The notes under the pieces: generated by a model
What the model saw: the letters and a program-made list of their open reading frames with translations, nothing else
Told to the model about the DNA's origin: nothing
The model's database searches: none
Assembly: GCA_012295275.1 (NCBI GenBank)
Contig: CM022677.1
Coordinates: forward strand, 19,964,001 to 20,028,000
DNA length: 64,000 bases
Direction of reading: 5' to 3'
Source: Chrysomallon squamiferum
Lineage: Eukaryota > Animalia > Mollusca
Shown here: positions 1 to 13,644 of the stretch, piece after piece
Layout: each line of letters begins with the position of its first letter
How positions within the stretch are numbered: position 1 is the first letter of the stretch
Program-made: the position numbers and the translations under genes

Positions 1-1600
1 TTTCAAAAATTTCTCATGTACGATCTAAACGATTATCATTAAAGCAAATAAATATTGATTTAGTTGCATGTTGCAGCCATTCTTTGCGAATTAATTTCGC
101 TTCAATTTTTTCCTTTTTCTTATCAATATTTAACAGACCAGTGCAGTTCCCTTGGCACGCTTTCAAATCTGCTAAAACGTTCTAAACAAGAGGGTCACAA
201 AAGCATAAGATCACCGGCGAGATCATCATTCATTATTGAGGAAATTTAGATGTCGAAATGTTATTGTTTTCCACTATTTGACTGTATCCTAGTGATACAC
301 GCAGTCGTGGAAGGTACGTAGTTGTTTAAGAGTACTGTTGACCTCTGTCTCGTAACTTTGTAATAATCACTAGGCACTTTCATAAAAAATTTAAATTAAA
401 ATTAAAATCATAAGATAAAAAATAAATAAATAACGAAACAAAGAAACAAACAAACAGAAAGCTACAAAGCTTTTATTCAGATTCAGGAGAGAACACTTTC
501 TACAGTTTGAATTTTGAAATCCTGTATGAAAAGCTGTACGCAAATTAATGAGATGACGATTGCAGATTTGTGTTCTGCAAAATGTTAGCGGCATTGAAAT
601 TGTCTCCGGTGCAATTCGCGGTGCTGTTTCGTGTCGTCTGACTTTAACAAAAGTAGCGCGCCTTTCGGTAGCAACAGTGGCTCATAGTTAATATTTATGC
701 TTTAACTGTTTATTTTATTTTTAATGTGAAATACAATAATAGATACATTTGCAAGTATAATAAAAAAATTAAAAAAAAAACGTTTAAAATTTTAGTTTTA
801 TCAACACTATTATCGTCGTCATTATCATCATCATCGTAATCATTATTATTATCGTTATGATTACGATTATTGTTATTATTATTTTATTATTCTTTTTTAT
901 GTTGTTGTTGTTGTTTTATTGTTGTTACTGTTGCTGCTGTAATTGCTTTTAGTTCATCTTTTAATATCATATGATCTCGAAATATTTTTTTTTCTTTTAC
1001 GATTATTTCATAAACGACAAAAAAAAAAAGATTGATTACCCAGACAATCCGATTATCGATGAGCGAAAAATAATACAATTACTTCATGTAACCTTGGAAA
1101 CGGCGGCGTGCAAATAAACGTCTGACGTCATATTCTATTCGTAGTGAAATTGACCTCGTTACGAATGGGCAAACGTCCATTATTGGAATATTACGTCACG
1201 GGAATCCTGTTTTTGACGAACATTTTTTGGAAGTGTTTCTCTTTGTTGTTGATGTCTTTGTTGTTGTCACCAGTATTATAACGGTAAATAAAAATGTGTT
1301 CATTTTTGTTCATTACTTTTTTATGGATTTTTTTTTATTTTTCCCTTCTCTTATTGTTGTTGCTGTTATGTAATTAATTAAATGTAATCAAAATGGCACT
1401 GAGTGCGTAACTCTGTAAATGTATCGCTTCGCGCTGTTTTCACGCATGATTAATTAATGCACAGAACCTTTAAAAATATAGTAATACCTCCATTAAGTGA
1501 GCTAACTGTTTATGGTTACCATGGAGACAGATTTCCCACTGCGATTTAATCATCAGTAGAGAATATCTTCTATTTTCATTTTACTTTATTATTATTATTA

Positions 1601-1682
<82 letters not shown>

Positions 1683-2061
1683 TACATCAAACAAATAAAT
1701 AATTTAACCCTTTGAACTAGAGCGGTTATTAACATTTACTTTTTTTTTAAATTTTGTTTTGCTTATTTTTCTTAATCATAAACACAACAATAAAAATAAT
1801 AAATAAATGACACAGAAACGTACATACAGTAATAATGACAATACTAGTAACAGTGATGGTCGTGCTACTAGCAGTAGCATCAACAGCGACAGCAACATTT
1901 GCAGCACTAATAGCAGAAGTACTAGAAGTAGTGGTGGTAGTCAAAGCAACAGTAATAGTAATAAATTATCAAAATGTAGTATTGAATAGCAGTAACAGTA
2001 TAGCAAAAGTGTTAGTATAGTCGTATAGTAATAGCAGTGGCAGTAGTAGTAGTAGTAGTGA

Positions 2062-2099
<38 letters not shown>

Positions 2100-2115
2100 C
2101 TACCAGCAACAACAG

Positions 2116-2537
2116 TTAATATGGTAGAAACAAATCATAATCAGCTGCTGTTTCTTCAGTCGAGTCCATGGAAGAACACACTTCACAGAAGAGACTTCCG
2201 CTTGTCCACGCTCTCCCAGTGGTGAAACTTCTGCAGTGTTCTCCATATCGAGATCGACATGTGTTGTAACACTCAAACTCCTTGTCGACCTGCACGTGCT
2301 CCGAGTGACGACACGTGACTTTTCTGTTTGGGTGTCTTTTGAAACGAGTCTCACTGCTACACTGAAAGTATAACGACAGATATTACTTGATTTGTGTGTT
2401 AGCCGTAATGAAAGATGTGAAAGATATTTGGTTGCATCATCCAGGCCAGACATCTTGTTCATGGTTATTTTGTTTGGTTGTTTATTTTCTTGTTTTTTAG
2501 GGATTTGTTTTCTGTATTTTTGTTTCATTTCTGAGCT

Positions 2538-2585
<48 letters not shown>

Positions 2586-4721
2586 ATAATCAACCCCTCG
2601 AAAATAATATGTCTTGGTTCTCCTTTTCTGTAGGACTTATTTCTACGATTTCAGATTTTCCTTCCTGTTATTTGGTTTTTTGGGAGCGGTTTGTTTTGGG
2701 GGTGGGTTTTGTTGTTGTTGTTTTTTTTCTTCTTTTTTTTTTTTTGCTTTATTGGTTGTCTGGTTACTTACTTTTGTTAAAATTGTGTCAGTTCAAATTT
2801 AATCAGATAGCCTAATAAGGTAAAATGTTTTTTTTTTATTCTTCTGCTAATATTTGGTTTTCGGTTTCGGAAAGTGGTAAAATATTGAAAAATTACACAT
2901 GAGGAACTGAGAGAAACTAGACTCACCTGATATTCCGGTGTTAATCTGTACGAGAAACTTTCATAATAACCAGATCCTATCAAGTAGGCGCCGAACCGAG
3001 ATCTCGGATGCTTCAGGACGTAAACGACGTATTTTACAACTGCAACTGAAGCTGCTACATAATCGGTCGAAGAAGACGTGTACCACATTGTTGCTTCTGC
3101 CAGCGACTTTCCATTCAGAGTTAATTCAAACTGCTGTCCACTCTTTATGATGACAACGACCCTGGTTTTCTCGAAAGCCAAATGTGGGACGGAAAAGACG
3201 TATTTGTTACCAGTAAATGGAACAGAGTCAAGTATGCACAACGCCGCATCTGTGTAATTACCTGTCTTTGGAATTACTCCAGCTAACAGAGGTCTTGACG
3301 ACTGGACATGGTGGACTTTCTTTCGTTTAATAAACGTATCAACGTGGCCGTACTCTTCGGGGATTGTCAACGTAATCCTTCCGTCCACAGTGACGTTGGT
3401 GTCGTTGTAGACTGCAACAAGTCGTAGCAGGTCGAAGTCACTGCCACTGTAGGGAGTGTAGAGAACATATTCCGTCATGAGATTCTTTGTCGGAGGCATC
3501 TGATCCACTAAATGATCAGCGTAAATGCTGTTAATTGAAGTACGCACGTGACCAGAAAACACTGCGATCGTTTTGTCGGACGAAATCTTCGTTCCTGTAA
3601 GGTCAACATGGTCTTCTCTCAGTATCTGAAGAGAGTCTAAAGTATCCAAGGTCAAGGTCAGTTCAGAGGACACGTTGAACGTTTGGTTTCTAACTTCTAT
3701 GCTGAATGGCGTGACTTCTTTCGGGGTTTCCACAGTCACTCTGGTGTTGTTGAAAGGAACAGCGATGACAATAAACGAACCTTTTCGTCTACCAACATAC
3801 GACAACACTACGTAACTCGATCCCAGCATTCCTAGCTCCAACAAACTGACAGCGTCACTGCTGGATTTCTGCTTGTTAACGAGTATTACCGATACTGGCT
3901 TATCTGCTTCAACTAGTATGGACCTCTGAGAAACTGAACAGGTCGGTGGCATTCGTACTTCCGCTGGAAGAACGATATTTTTTGTTTGCGAGGCTCTGAG
4001 ACTAAATTCCATGTAGGGCGAAGAAGAAAGGAAAGGAATTGTTATCGTAACGTTGACCCGATTCTCCGCGGAGATCTGAATAAAGGGATCCATAGGATCT
4101 TTATTTACTCGGTTATGAGAAAACACTCCTACATAGTTGTACCGTTTTCCAAAAGAAATTTCTGAAACGAATGAGTAAATAATTAGACGAAGAAATTGTG
4201 GCGTTCCAGCCACACATACACACAGACACGCACACGTACACTCACTCACAGACACACGCACACACACACATATTCTTAGAGAGAGAGAGAGAGATTTACA
4301 TCCATACATGCATATATGATACATACATGCATAAATATAGACAAACACACACACACAAACACACATACACACACAAACAAATAAACATACACATACATAT
4401 AAAAACACACATACACAGAAACACACAGACATACACATTATCGTCTACGTATGTATTTATTTATATATGTATTTGTGTTTATAGGTATGTTGGTAGGTAG
4501 ATACAAAGATATGTATATAAATATGTATGTATAGGTATGTTTCAAAGACAGATAGGCATGGAGATATTTATGGTTGTATTATGTAGGTAGACAGGTAGAT
4601 AAGGGAGATAGGTATGTAAAGAGGCAGGTTAGTAATAGTAAATTGAAAAAAGAAATATTTTACCTGACTGGCAGCCTCTGTTTACTAGCAGTAAAATTAA
4701 ACTGATCAGTAAGACAAACAT
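2116..4721 (-). CDS. Secreted IgGFc-binding protein N-terminal-domain + PAN/apple-like protein, copy 1 (512 aa; exons 4721-4664, 4161-2927, 2361-2116)
   Basis: Exon 1 encodes a signal-peptide-like MFVLLISLILLLVNRGCQS with a phase-1 G|GTAAAA donor. Exon 2 carries motifs typical of the FCGBP N-terminal (IgGFc_binding) domain: DLTGTKISSDKTIAVFSGH...DHLVDQMPP and FGAYLIG...SFSY. Exon 3 has ECxxxC-x7-CRSF...CEVC (PAN-like). All introns are GT-AG and the phases close (58+1235+246 nt). Confidence 0.88.
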
Positions 4722-4794
4722 GGTGCCACCTTTCTCGTCCGTTAAATCTAAACTCTTTTGAAAATAACCGGTGTATTGTTTGTTTGTTGTTGAT

Positions 4795-4841
<47 letters not shown>

Positions 4842-4872
4842 TATCTCTTCGCAATTCAGTATAACAACAGGC

Positions 4873-4998
4873 TGACGTCAATAAAATCATATGACGTCAA
4901 AACAGGAAGTTTTTAAAATCCAAGAACGTCACGGGTGAAGATTATCAGTAATTGTTATACGTCATCGCAGTAGGTTGAAACGAATCTTCTTACGTCAC
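4873..4998. promoter_or_regulatory. CRE/ATF (TGACGTCA and TTACGTCA) site cluster upstream of copy 1
   Basis: Perfect TGACGTCA at 4873 and 4892, plus ACGTCA half/variant sites near 4927, 4959 and 4991, 150-280 bp upstream of the ATG. Homologous clusters lie upstream of the other copies. Confidence 0.5.
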
Positions 4999-5364
4999 AG
5001 CAGTACACAGACAAGAATACTTTTACATCAAAGTTATTTTTTATTATTATTTTCACTGTTTCCTCTTTCCTTTTACAGTCACGTCTCAATGAAATTTAAC
5101 TCTTCGGAAAAAAGAAAAAAAAAGTATAAATAAAAAATATCCTACTTCCACAGTGTAGAATAAAGAAATAAAATTGTGATTTCTTCTGAAAAATCACAAA
5201 TCTTAAGAATATGAATCTTTTCCTCTGAAAATCGCATCATATACACAGAAATTGTTGCTTTCTCAAAGTCACTCACCAAGTGTAGCTCACATCCACAGAC
5301 TAATTTTAAACTGTGCCGACCAGATATCCATTCAGGAATGACAATAATAAAATAAAAAGTACTG

Positions 5365-5636
5365 TATGTTTTTTTATGAATTGTAACTCAATACTGATGA
5401 AATCTTTATTCCCGTGTGCGTGTTTTTATGAATAGTAATTCAATACCGATGAAAACTTTATTCCCGTGTGTATGTTTTTGTGAATTGTAATCCAATACCG
5501 ATGAAAACTTTATTCCCGTGTGTGTGTTTTTGTGAATTGTAATTCAATACCGATGAAAACTTTATTCCCGTGTGTGTGTTTTTGTGAACTGTAATTCAAT
5601 ACCGATGAAAACTTTATTCCCGTGTGCGTGTTTTTG
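5365..5636. repeat. 52-bp minisatellite, about 5 copies
   Basis: Unit TGTGTGTTTTTGTGAATTGTAATTCAATACCGATGAAAACTTTATTCCCGTG recurs at 51-52 bp spacing. Confidence 0.9.
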
Positions 5637-6308
5637 TTGTGGATTTTAATGCATAACCCTCGAGCCGTGAGTGACTTTTTTATTTATGTTTTCATTTTTA
5701 CTTTACCCATTCTCCAGTGACTGGTTATTATCTCAAGCTAAATAACTCCAGAAACAAATGGTTGTCGCCCTCAAGAGAAATAAACACAAACAAGTGAGAG
5801 CAACAAAAGGTGAAAGACCTCGGATACCCGGAGTACGTGATAATAACAATTGTTCAAAGAGAGGATTGGAAAATAGTTTTATTTTTCGTTCTCTGCGGAG
5901 TATTAAATTGTCGTTAGTGTGAAAGATCAATGTTTAATGATAGTCTTTAGAAAAAATGAAAAAAAAACTGTCCGAAATGCTTTTTTTATTTAATTATGTA
6001 TAATATCACTAGCGTCTGACAGCGTTTTTTCTAAATGTTCCTCATTAGTGAATGCTACTGTATCGTAAGCAAGTGGATATTTGTTTGTTTTTTATGATTA
6101 CTACATTATAACTATTCCTTACAATCTTTTTTTTTTCTCTCTCTTACCTTCGTTTATTTTATTTATTTTATTTATTATCTGTTTATTTATTTTATTTTAT
6201 TTTTTTGTTTTATTTGTTTGTTTTTGTTTTTATTTATTTTTTTTTTTCTGGTTGTTTTTTTTGTTGTGGTTACTGCTTCTCTTCTTCGTATTTTTATTTT
6301 TCTTCTTC

Positions 6309-6354
<46 letters not shown>

Positions 6355-7148
6355 CATCATTATTATTGACGTTGTTCTTGTTACTTTCATTGTTATTGAT
6401 ATTTTTATTGTTGTTGCTGTTGTGATAGTTGTTTTTCTTCTTGTTGTACTGAAGTATTTGTGATTTAAATAAATTTCAATTTTATAACATCAGTATTCAC
6501 TTCTACGCTTCCGTCCTATGGTATTAGTAGTAATACTAATATCAGCAACAGTACCAATTGGTGACATAGTGTAGAGGCTATATAATCTAAATTTATAAGT
6601 ACATTTTCTGCAGTTTGAATTTTGATATTCTGTAACAAAGGCTGTGACAGTTTAATAAGGTGATAATGGCAAAGTTTTGTTCTCCAGTCCATTATCACCT
6701 TTGAGATTATCATCATTGCAATTTCAGATGTTCTCTGACTGAAACAAAAGCATGAGTACAGAAAAGAAAAGTAAGGTGCATTTTGGAAGCAACAGTGGCT
6801 CAAAGTTAATATTTCTACTTCGACCGCTTAATCTTTGTCTTAATGTGGAAAACGATAACTGATGCATTTGAAAGCATAATCAGAGTTATTATTATAAAAC
6901 AATTATTAACGTAAATTATCAATTATAATGCTGTAATTAACTCCAATTACTAGTATTTATTCATGAAAAATAAGTGTTATCAAGATACACAGTATTACAA
7001 AATTTTACCTTCTAGTTTTAATGTATTCACATTGTTAGCAAGCAATTAGAAAACACAGATTTATATTTTTTCTGTCTTCTTCTTCTTCTTCATGCGAAAT
7101 GAAACAATGTTCCTGAATTTGGTTTCAAATTTTTATCTACCGTGTCAT

Positions 7149-7257
<109 letters not shown>

Positions 7258-7775
7258 TTTTTTTTAAAGCAACTAAATTTGTACATGTACACGAAAATAT
7301 TAGTACCTGTAACAGTAGCAGCATTAGCGATAATGGCACTGAATAATATAAATAATAATACAATAAAAACATTCCGGTTATAAATAAAGTAAAGATAATA
7401 CAATTACTTCAGGTAACCTTGGAAACTGTGGCGTGCAAGTAAATGCCTGACGTCATATTCTGTTCCTAGTGAAACTGATCTCATTACGAATATGACGTAA
7501 CGGGCTTCTATATTTGACGCAAACCTTTGGAAGATTTTTTTTTTGTTGTAGTTGTTGTTGCAAATTTTGTTACTTGTTATCAACTTGCCTCATGTACCAA
7601 CGATAAATAAAAATGTGTTGATTTTTTGTTCATTACTATTTATAGATTTTTCGTTGCTTCTGTCTTTGTTGTTGTTTCATTGGACGTTTTTCTTCTGTTT
7701 TATGATTGTTTTTCTTTTTAGGGGTTTTGGGGGTTTACTGTTTGTTTGTTTGTTTGTTGTTGTTTTCGTTTCTTT

Positions 7776-7815
<40 letters not shown>

Positions 7816-8537
7816 CGGCAGGGTTTCCTGTTGTATATTTGATTAAATATAATGAAAACGCCAGCGTGTGTACTGGTGGGTAAAAATATAAATTTATCCC
7901 TTTGTGGTGTTTCTTAGCATGATTAATTAATCCACAGAACTTTTAATAACAGAAGGAACACCCCCATTAAGTGTTTGCGGTTACCATAGAGACAGGTTCC
8001 CATAGCGATCTAGTCAATAACAGAGAATATCTTCTATTTTCAATTCAGTTTATTGTTATATTATTAGTAGTAGTTGTCATTCTAGCGGTAGTAGTAGTAG
8101 TAGTAGTAGTAGTAGAAGTAATAGTAGTAATAGCAGTAGTAGTAATTATCAGTATTAATAAAAGTATAATATAGTAAGATAAATCGATTTAATAGCTTAG
8201 TACTTGTGCTCGTTTTCATAATAATAATATAGTTACAATAGCAGCAGTGATGGTGATGGTAGTAGCAGCAGCAGCAACATCAACAGCAACATTTGCAGCA
8301 CTAATAGCAGAAGTAAGATTAGTAGTATTAGTACTAAAGTACTGAACGTTGTATTAATAATAATAATAATAATAGTAGTAGTTAGTGGTAGCAGTAGACG
8401 CAGTACTTGTATATTAATAGTAGTAGTAGTAGTAGTACAAAAAGAAGCAGCAGTAATCGTACTTGTGGTTGTAGTAGTAGTAGTAGTTCCAGTAGAAATA
8501 ATTGTATTGACAGTGACGTCAGCATCAATAGCAGCAG

Positions 8538-10632
8538 TTAATATGGTAGAAACAAATCATAATCAGCTGCTATTTCTTCAGTCGAGTCCATGGAAGAACA
8601 CACTTCACAGAAGAGACTTCCGCTTGTCCGTGCTCTCCCAGTGGTGAAACTTCTGCAGTGTTCTCCATATCGAGACAGACATGCGTCGTAACACTCAAAC
8701 TCCTTGCCGACCTGCACGTGCTCTGAGTGATGACACGTGACTTTTCTGTTTGGGTGTCTTTTGAAACGACTCTCACTGCTACACTGAAAGGATAACAAAA
8801 TATATTTCTTCATTAGTGTGTTAGTCTTAATGAATGATGTGAAACACATTTGGGTGCATCATCCATTCCAGACATCTTGTTGATGGTTATTTTGTTGTTG
8901 TTTTGTTAGGGATTTTTTTTTTTTTTTTTTTTTTCTCTTGGTTTTATTTAATTTTTCTGTTTCTTTTGTTTTAATTATAATCAACCGTTCTCCTTTTGTG
9001 TAGGACTTATTTCTACGATTTCAGATTTTTCTTCCTCTTGTTTGGTTTTTTGCTGGCAGTTTGCTTTTTTGTTTTTTGTGCTTTCTTGGTTATGTGGTTA
9101 CTTGGTTTGGTATAAATTGTGCCAGTTCAAATTTAATCAGATATCTTAATAAGGTAAAAAGTTTTTTTGATTTTTCTTCTTCTGCTAATATTTGGTTTTC
9201 GGTTTCGGAAAGTGGTAAAAATGTGAAAAATTACACATGAGGAATTGAGAGAAACCAGACTCACCTGATATTCCGGTGTTAATCTGTACGAGTAACTTCT
9301 AGAAGAACCAGATCCTATCAAGTAGGCGCCGAACCGAGATCTCGGATGCTTCAGGACGTAAACGACGTATTTTACAACTGCAACCGAAGCTACTACATAA
9401 TCGGTCGAAGAAGACGTGTACCACGTTGTTCCTTCTGTCAGTGACTTTCCATTCAGAGTTATTTCAAACTGCTGTCCACTCTTTATGATGATAACGACCT
9501 TGGTTTTTTTGAATGCCAAATCTGGGACGGAAAAGACGTATTTCTTAGCAGTAAATGGAACCGAGTCAAGTATGCACAACGCCGCATCTGACTCACCACT
9601 CGTCTTTGGAATTACTCCCGCTAACAGAGGTCTTGACGACTGGACATGGTGGACTTTCTTTCGTTTAATAAACGTATCAACGTGGCCGTACTCTTCCGGG
9701 ATTGTCAACGTAATACTTCCGTCCACAGTGATGTTGGTGTCGTTGTAGACTGCAACAAGTCGTAGCAGGTCGACGTAACTGCCACTGTAGGGAGTGAAGA
9801 GAACGTATTCCGTCATGAGATTCTTTGTCGGGGGCATCTGATCCACCAAATGATCAGCGGATGATGGGTTGTTAATTGAAGTACGCACGTGACCAGAAAA
9901 CACTGCGATCTTTTTGTCGGACGAAATCTTCGTTCCAGTGAGGTCAACATCGTCTTTTCTCAGTATCTGAAGAGAGTCTAAAGTTTGCAAGGTCAAGGTC
10001 AGACGAGAGGACATGGTGAACGTTTCACTTCTAACTTCGACGTTTACAGGCTTCATTGGTGATGGGGTTTCGACAGTCACTCTGGTATTGTTGAAAGGAA
10101 CAGCGACGACGATAAACGAACCCTTTCGTTTACCAAGATATGAAAACGCTACGTAACTCGATCCCAGCATTCCTACCTCCAACAGACTGACAGCGTCAAT
10201 GTTGGACGTCTGTCTGTTGGCGAGTATTACCGATACTGGCTTATCTGCTTGAACTAGTATGGACTTCTGCGAAACTGAAGAGGTCGGTGGCATTCGTATT
10301 TCCGTTGGCAGAGCAATTCTTTTTATCTTGGAGGCTCTGAGACTAAATTCCATGTAGGGCGAAGAAGAAAGGAAAGGAATTGTTATCGTAACGTTGACAG
10401 AATTCTCCGCGGAGATGTAAATGTGAGGTTTCATAGATTTTGTTGCGGCTGGGTTATGAGAAAACACTCCTACATAGTTGTACCGTCTTTGAAAAGAAAT
10501 TTCTGAAATGAATGAGTAAATAATTAGATGAAGAAACTGTGGAGTATATCCATACCTCCATCCGTCCGTCCATCCATTCATCTATCCATTTATACATCCA
10601 TCTCTCTCTATATATATATCTTTCTCTCTGTG

Positions 10633-10678
<46 letters not shown>

Positions 10679-10679
10679 A

Positions 10680-10710
<31 letters not shown>

Positions 10711-11062
10711 GATATTTACATCCGTACATACATATATCACACACACACACGCATACACACATGTAGACAGACACATCTAATCACACATTCACACAGACGC
10801 AAACACACAGACACATATACCTATGTGCGTATGTATTTATATATGTATTTGTGTTTGTAGGTAAGTAGGTAGATATGTAGGTAGGTAGGTAGGTAGTTAT
10901 GTATGTATTATGTAGGTAGAAAGGTAGTTATGTAGGTATTTTTGTTTGTGTTATGTAGATAGGTAGCTAGATATGTACAGTAAATTTAAAAATGAATATT
11001 TTACCTGACTGGAAGCTACTGTTTACTAGCAGTAAAATTACACTGATTTGTAAGACGAACAT
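8538..11062 (-). CDS. IgGFc-binding N-terminal-domain + PAN-like secreted protein, copy 2 (513 aa; exons 11062-11005, 10502-9265, 8783-8538)
   Basis: Same exon structure and phases as copy 1 (58+1238+246 nt). Signal MFVLQISVILLLVNSSFQS; frame intact. Confidence 0.88.
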
Positions 11063-11168
11063 GGTAGTAAATTTTCCCGTTCGCTAAATCTACTCTTTTT
11101 AAAATAATCGCTAATTCCTTAATTCTTCTGAATTCTCTATGACAGCAGGCAGAGTCAGTAAAACCGTA

Positions 11169-11291
11169 TGACGTAAAAACAGGACGTGTGCAAAAATCTG
11201 TATCTACGTTCACACAAGAAGATCACAGGTGAAGACTCTCAGCAATTATTTTACGTCATCGCAATAGGTTGAAACGAATCTTCTTACGTCA
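11169..11291. promoter_or_regulatory. CRE/ATF-like site cluster upstream of copy 2
   Basis: TGACGTAA at about 11169 and TTACGTCA at about 11251 and 11284, positionally homologous to the copy 1 cluster. Confidence 0.45.
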
Positions 11292-12292
11292 CAGCAGTAC
11301 ACAGACAAGAATACTTTTACATCAAAGTTACTTTTTTATTTTTCACTGTTTTCTCTTTCCTCTTAATGTCACGTCTCAATGAAATTTAACTCCTTAAACA
11401 ATATTTGTATAAAAAGTAAAATAATAAGAATCCTATTTCTTTATTATACAACAGTGTATAATAAAGAAATAAAATACTGATTTCTTCTGAAAATCACACC
11501 TCTAAAGAATATGAATTTTTTCCTCTGAAAATCACATTATAAACAGAAAATAAATGTTTTTCTTCTTAAAGTCACGACCAAGTGTAGCTCACATCCACAG
11601 AATAATTTTGAACTGCGCTGACCAGATTCCCATTTAGGAATGACTACAAAAACACAAATACTGTATGTTTTTATGAACTGTTACTCTGTATCGATGAAAA
11701 CAATATTTCCATTTGGTGCGTTGTGTGGGCATTTATTTATATATGTATTTATTTATTGTCCTGTTCTTATATACGATACATCACCACCTACTATTTGCAA
11801 ACCTTGGATGAATCATCCTAAACTTTAATTATTAATTAATTTAATTCAAGCAACGAATGGCTATTATTTCAAAGGGAAAAAAAAACATTAAAAAATAAAT
11901 CGTTATTTATCTTAAGAGAAATAAATCCAAACAAATGATAGTAATAATAAATGATAGTCCTTGGTTACCTCTGATTGAAGAGAGCAAGAATTATTAATTG
12001 TCTGTGAACTGATAGGCCGGATTAGAGTGAAAGGCTAAAATTTGATAGCCTCTAGAGAACAACGGTGTGAGCTTTTTTCATTATTCAATTATTTTACATG
12101 AAGAGCAATCGATGGCGTTGTTTCTAAATGTTCCGCATCAGTGAACAGAACAAAATCGTCAACAAATGGATTTCTTTTTTTCTTTTTTTCTTTTTTTTTT
12201 TTATTAAAACATAGCTATTCTCTCTAGTGTCTTCTTTCCTTTGTTTATTTTATTTATTTATTTTTCTTCTTCATATTATTTTTATTATTATT

Positions 12293-12324
<32 letters not shown>

Positions 12325-12336
12325 TATTATTATTAT

Positions 12337-12368
<32 letters not shown>

Positions 12369-12879
12369 ATAGTAGTAGTAGTAGTAGAAGTTTTGTTGTT
12401 GTTGTTGATGTTGTTGTTGCTGCTGCTGCTGCCGTTGATATTACTTTCATTGTTATTGATTATGCTATTGTTGTTGCTGTTGTTGTGGTAGTCTTTCCTT
12501 TTGTTGTACTGATGTAGCTCTGATTTAAACTACGCTTCCATACCTGTGGTAGTAGTAGTAATAGTAATAGCAGTAATAGTACTAACAGTAGTAGTATAGT
12601 AGTAGTAGCAGTAGTAACACTGGTTTCATAACAGTAGCAGCAGCAGTTACAGTGATAGGAGTAAGAGTAGTAGTAGTTGTTGTTGTTGCTGCTGCTGCTG
12701 CTGTTGTTTTTGCTATAACAATGCATTAAATGGTGGCGTGATATATATCTACATTTATGAATAAGAAGCAAGATTTTTCTTAGTGCTCAGTCTGTTCAAT
12801 ACCTTTGTACCTGTTTTATTTTATTGCACAACACTTCCCACACCCCTCCAGTACTCAGTCTTTCATGATTTCTTAAATC

Positions 12880-13190
12880 GTGTGTGTTTTTGTGAATTGT
12901 AACTCAATACCGATGAAAACTTTATTCCCACCCCCTCCAGTACTCAGTCTTTCATGATTCCTTAAATCGTTTGTGTTTTTGTGAATTGTAACTCAATACC
13001 GATGAAAACTTTATTCCCGTGTGTGTGTTTTTGTGAATTGTAATTCAATACCGATGAAAACTTTATTCCCGTGTGTGTGTTTTTGTGAATTGTAATTCAA
13101 TACCGATGAAAACTTTATTCCCGTGTGTGTGTTTTTGTGAATTGTAATTCAATACCGATGAAAACTTTATTCCCGTGTGTGTGTCTTTTG
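12880..13190. repeat. Same 52-bp minisatellite (about 5 copies), overlapped by a ~93-bp local duplication starting near 12836
   Basis: Same unit as 5365-5636. CACCCCTCCAGTACTCAGTCTTTCATGATT occurs twice (about 12841 and 12929). Confidence 0.85.
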
Positions 13191-13397
13191 TTGTGGATTT
13201 TAATGTTTAACCCTCGACCCGTGAGTGATTTTTTTTATTTTCTTTTTTTTATTATTCTTCACCCATTCTCCAGTGACTGGTTATAATCTCAAGCTAAATA
13301 ACTCCAGAAACAAATCACTGTCGCCCTCAAGAGAAATAAACACAAACAAGTGAGAGTAACAATCCTTCCAATGCTTTTTTTTTTAACTTTGTTTATT

Positions 13398-13428
<31 letters not shown>

Positions 13429-13445
13429 TTTTTTTTTTATTTATT

Positions 13446-13518
<73 letters not shown>

Positions 13519-13612
13519 TATTGGGGATTTTTTTCGGGGGTGGTTTTTTTTTTTGTTGTTTTTATTGTTGTGGTTATTTCTTCTCTTCTTCGCATTTTTC
13601 TTTTTCTTCTTC

Positions 13613-13644
<32 letters not shown>

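Noticed and set aside
2037-2528. ORFs in other frames or on the other strand over the PAN-like exon, repeated at 8465-8776, 15763-16119 and 21264-21710
   Set aside because: These are by-products of the conserved exon 3 plus (GTA)n repeats. Only the Cys-patterned frame fits the phase-0 acceptor.
2777-4438. ORF-track single-exon 553-aa protein, and the equivalent ORFs at 9133-10581, 16592-18007 and 22179-23573
   Set aside because: Their N- and C-termini are intron read-through (CA/TG microsatellite upstream, sequence beyond the CAG|GT donor downstream). The spliced 3-exon models explain the conserved parts.
5365-5636. Regularly spaced repeats that could be mistaken for a CRISPR array (also 12880-13190, 62183-62402, 63282-63445)
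   Set aside because: The units are head-to-tail with no unique spacers, there are no cas genes, and the context is eukaryotic. They are minisatellites.
6081-6463. Many poly-L/I/F/V/ER/SL ORFs here and throughout the window
   Set aside because: They are translations of (TTA)n, (GTA)n, (GA)n, (CA)n and poly-T microsatellites, not genes.
6516-6803. 95-aa ORF duplicated at 13789-14103
   Set aside because: The duplication is explained by the segmental copy of the spacer. It has a non-ATG start and no recognisable domain, and an apparent plus-strand AG/GT mini-exon here has stops in all frames.
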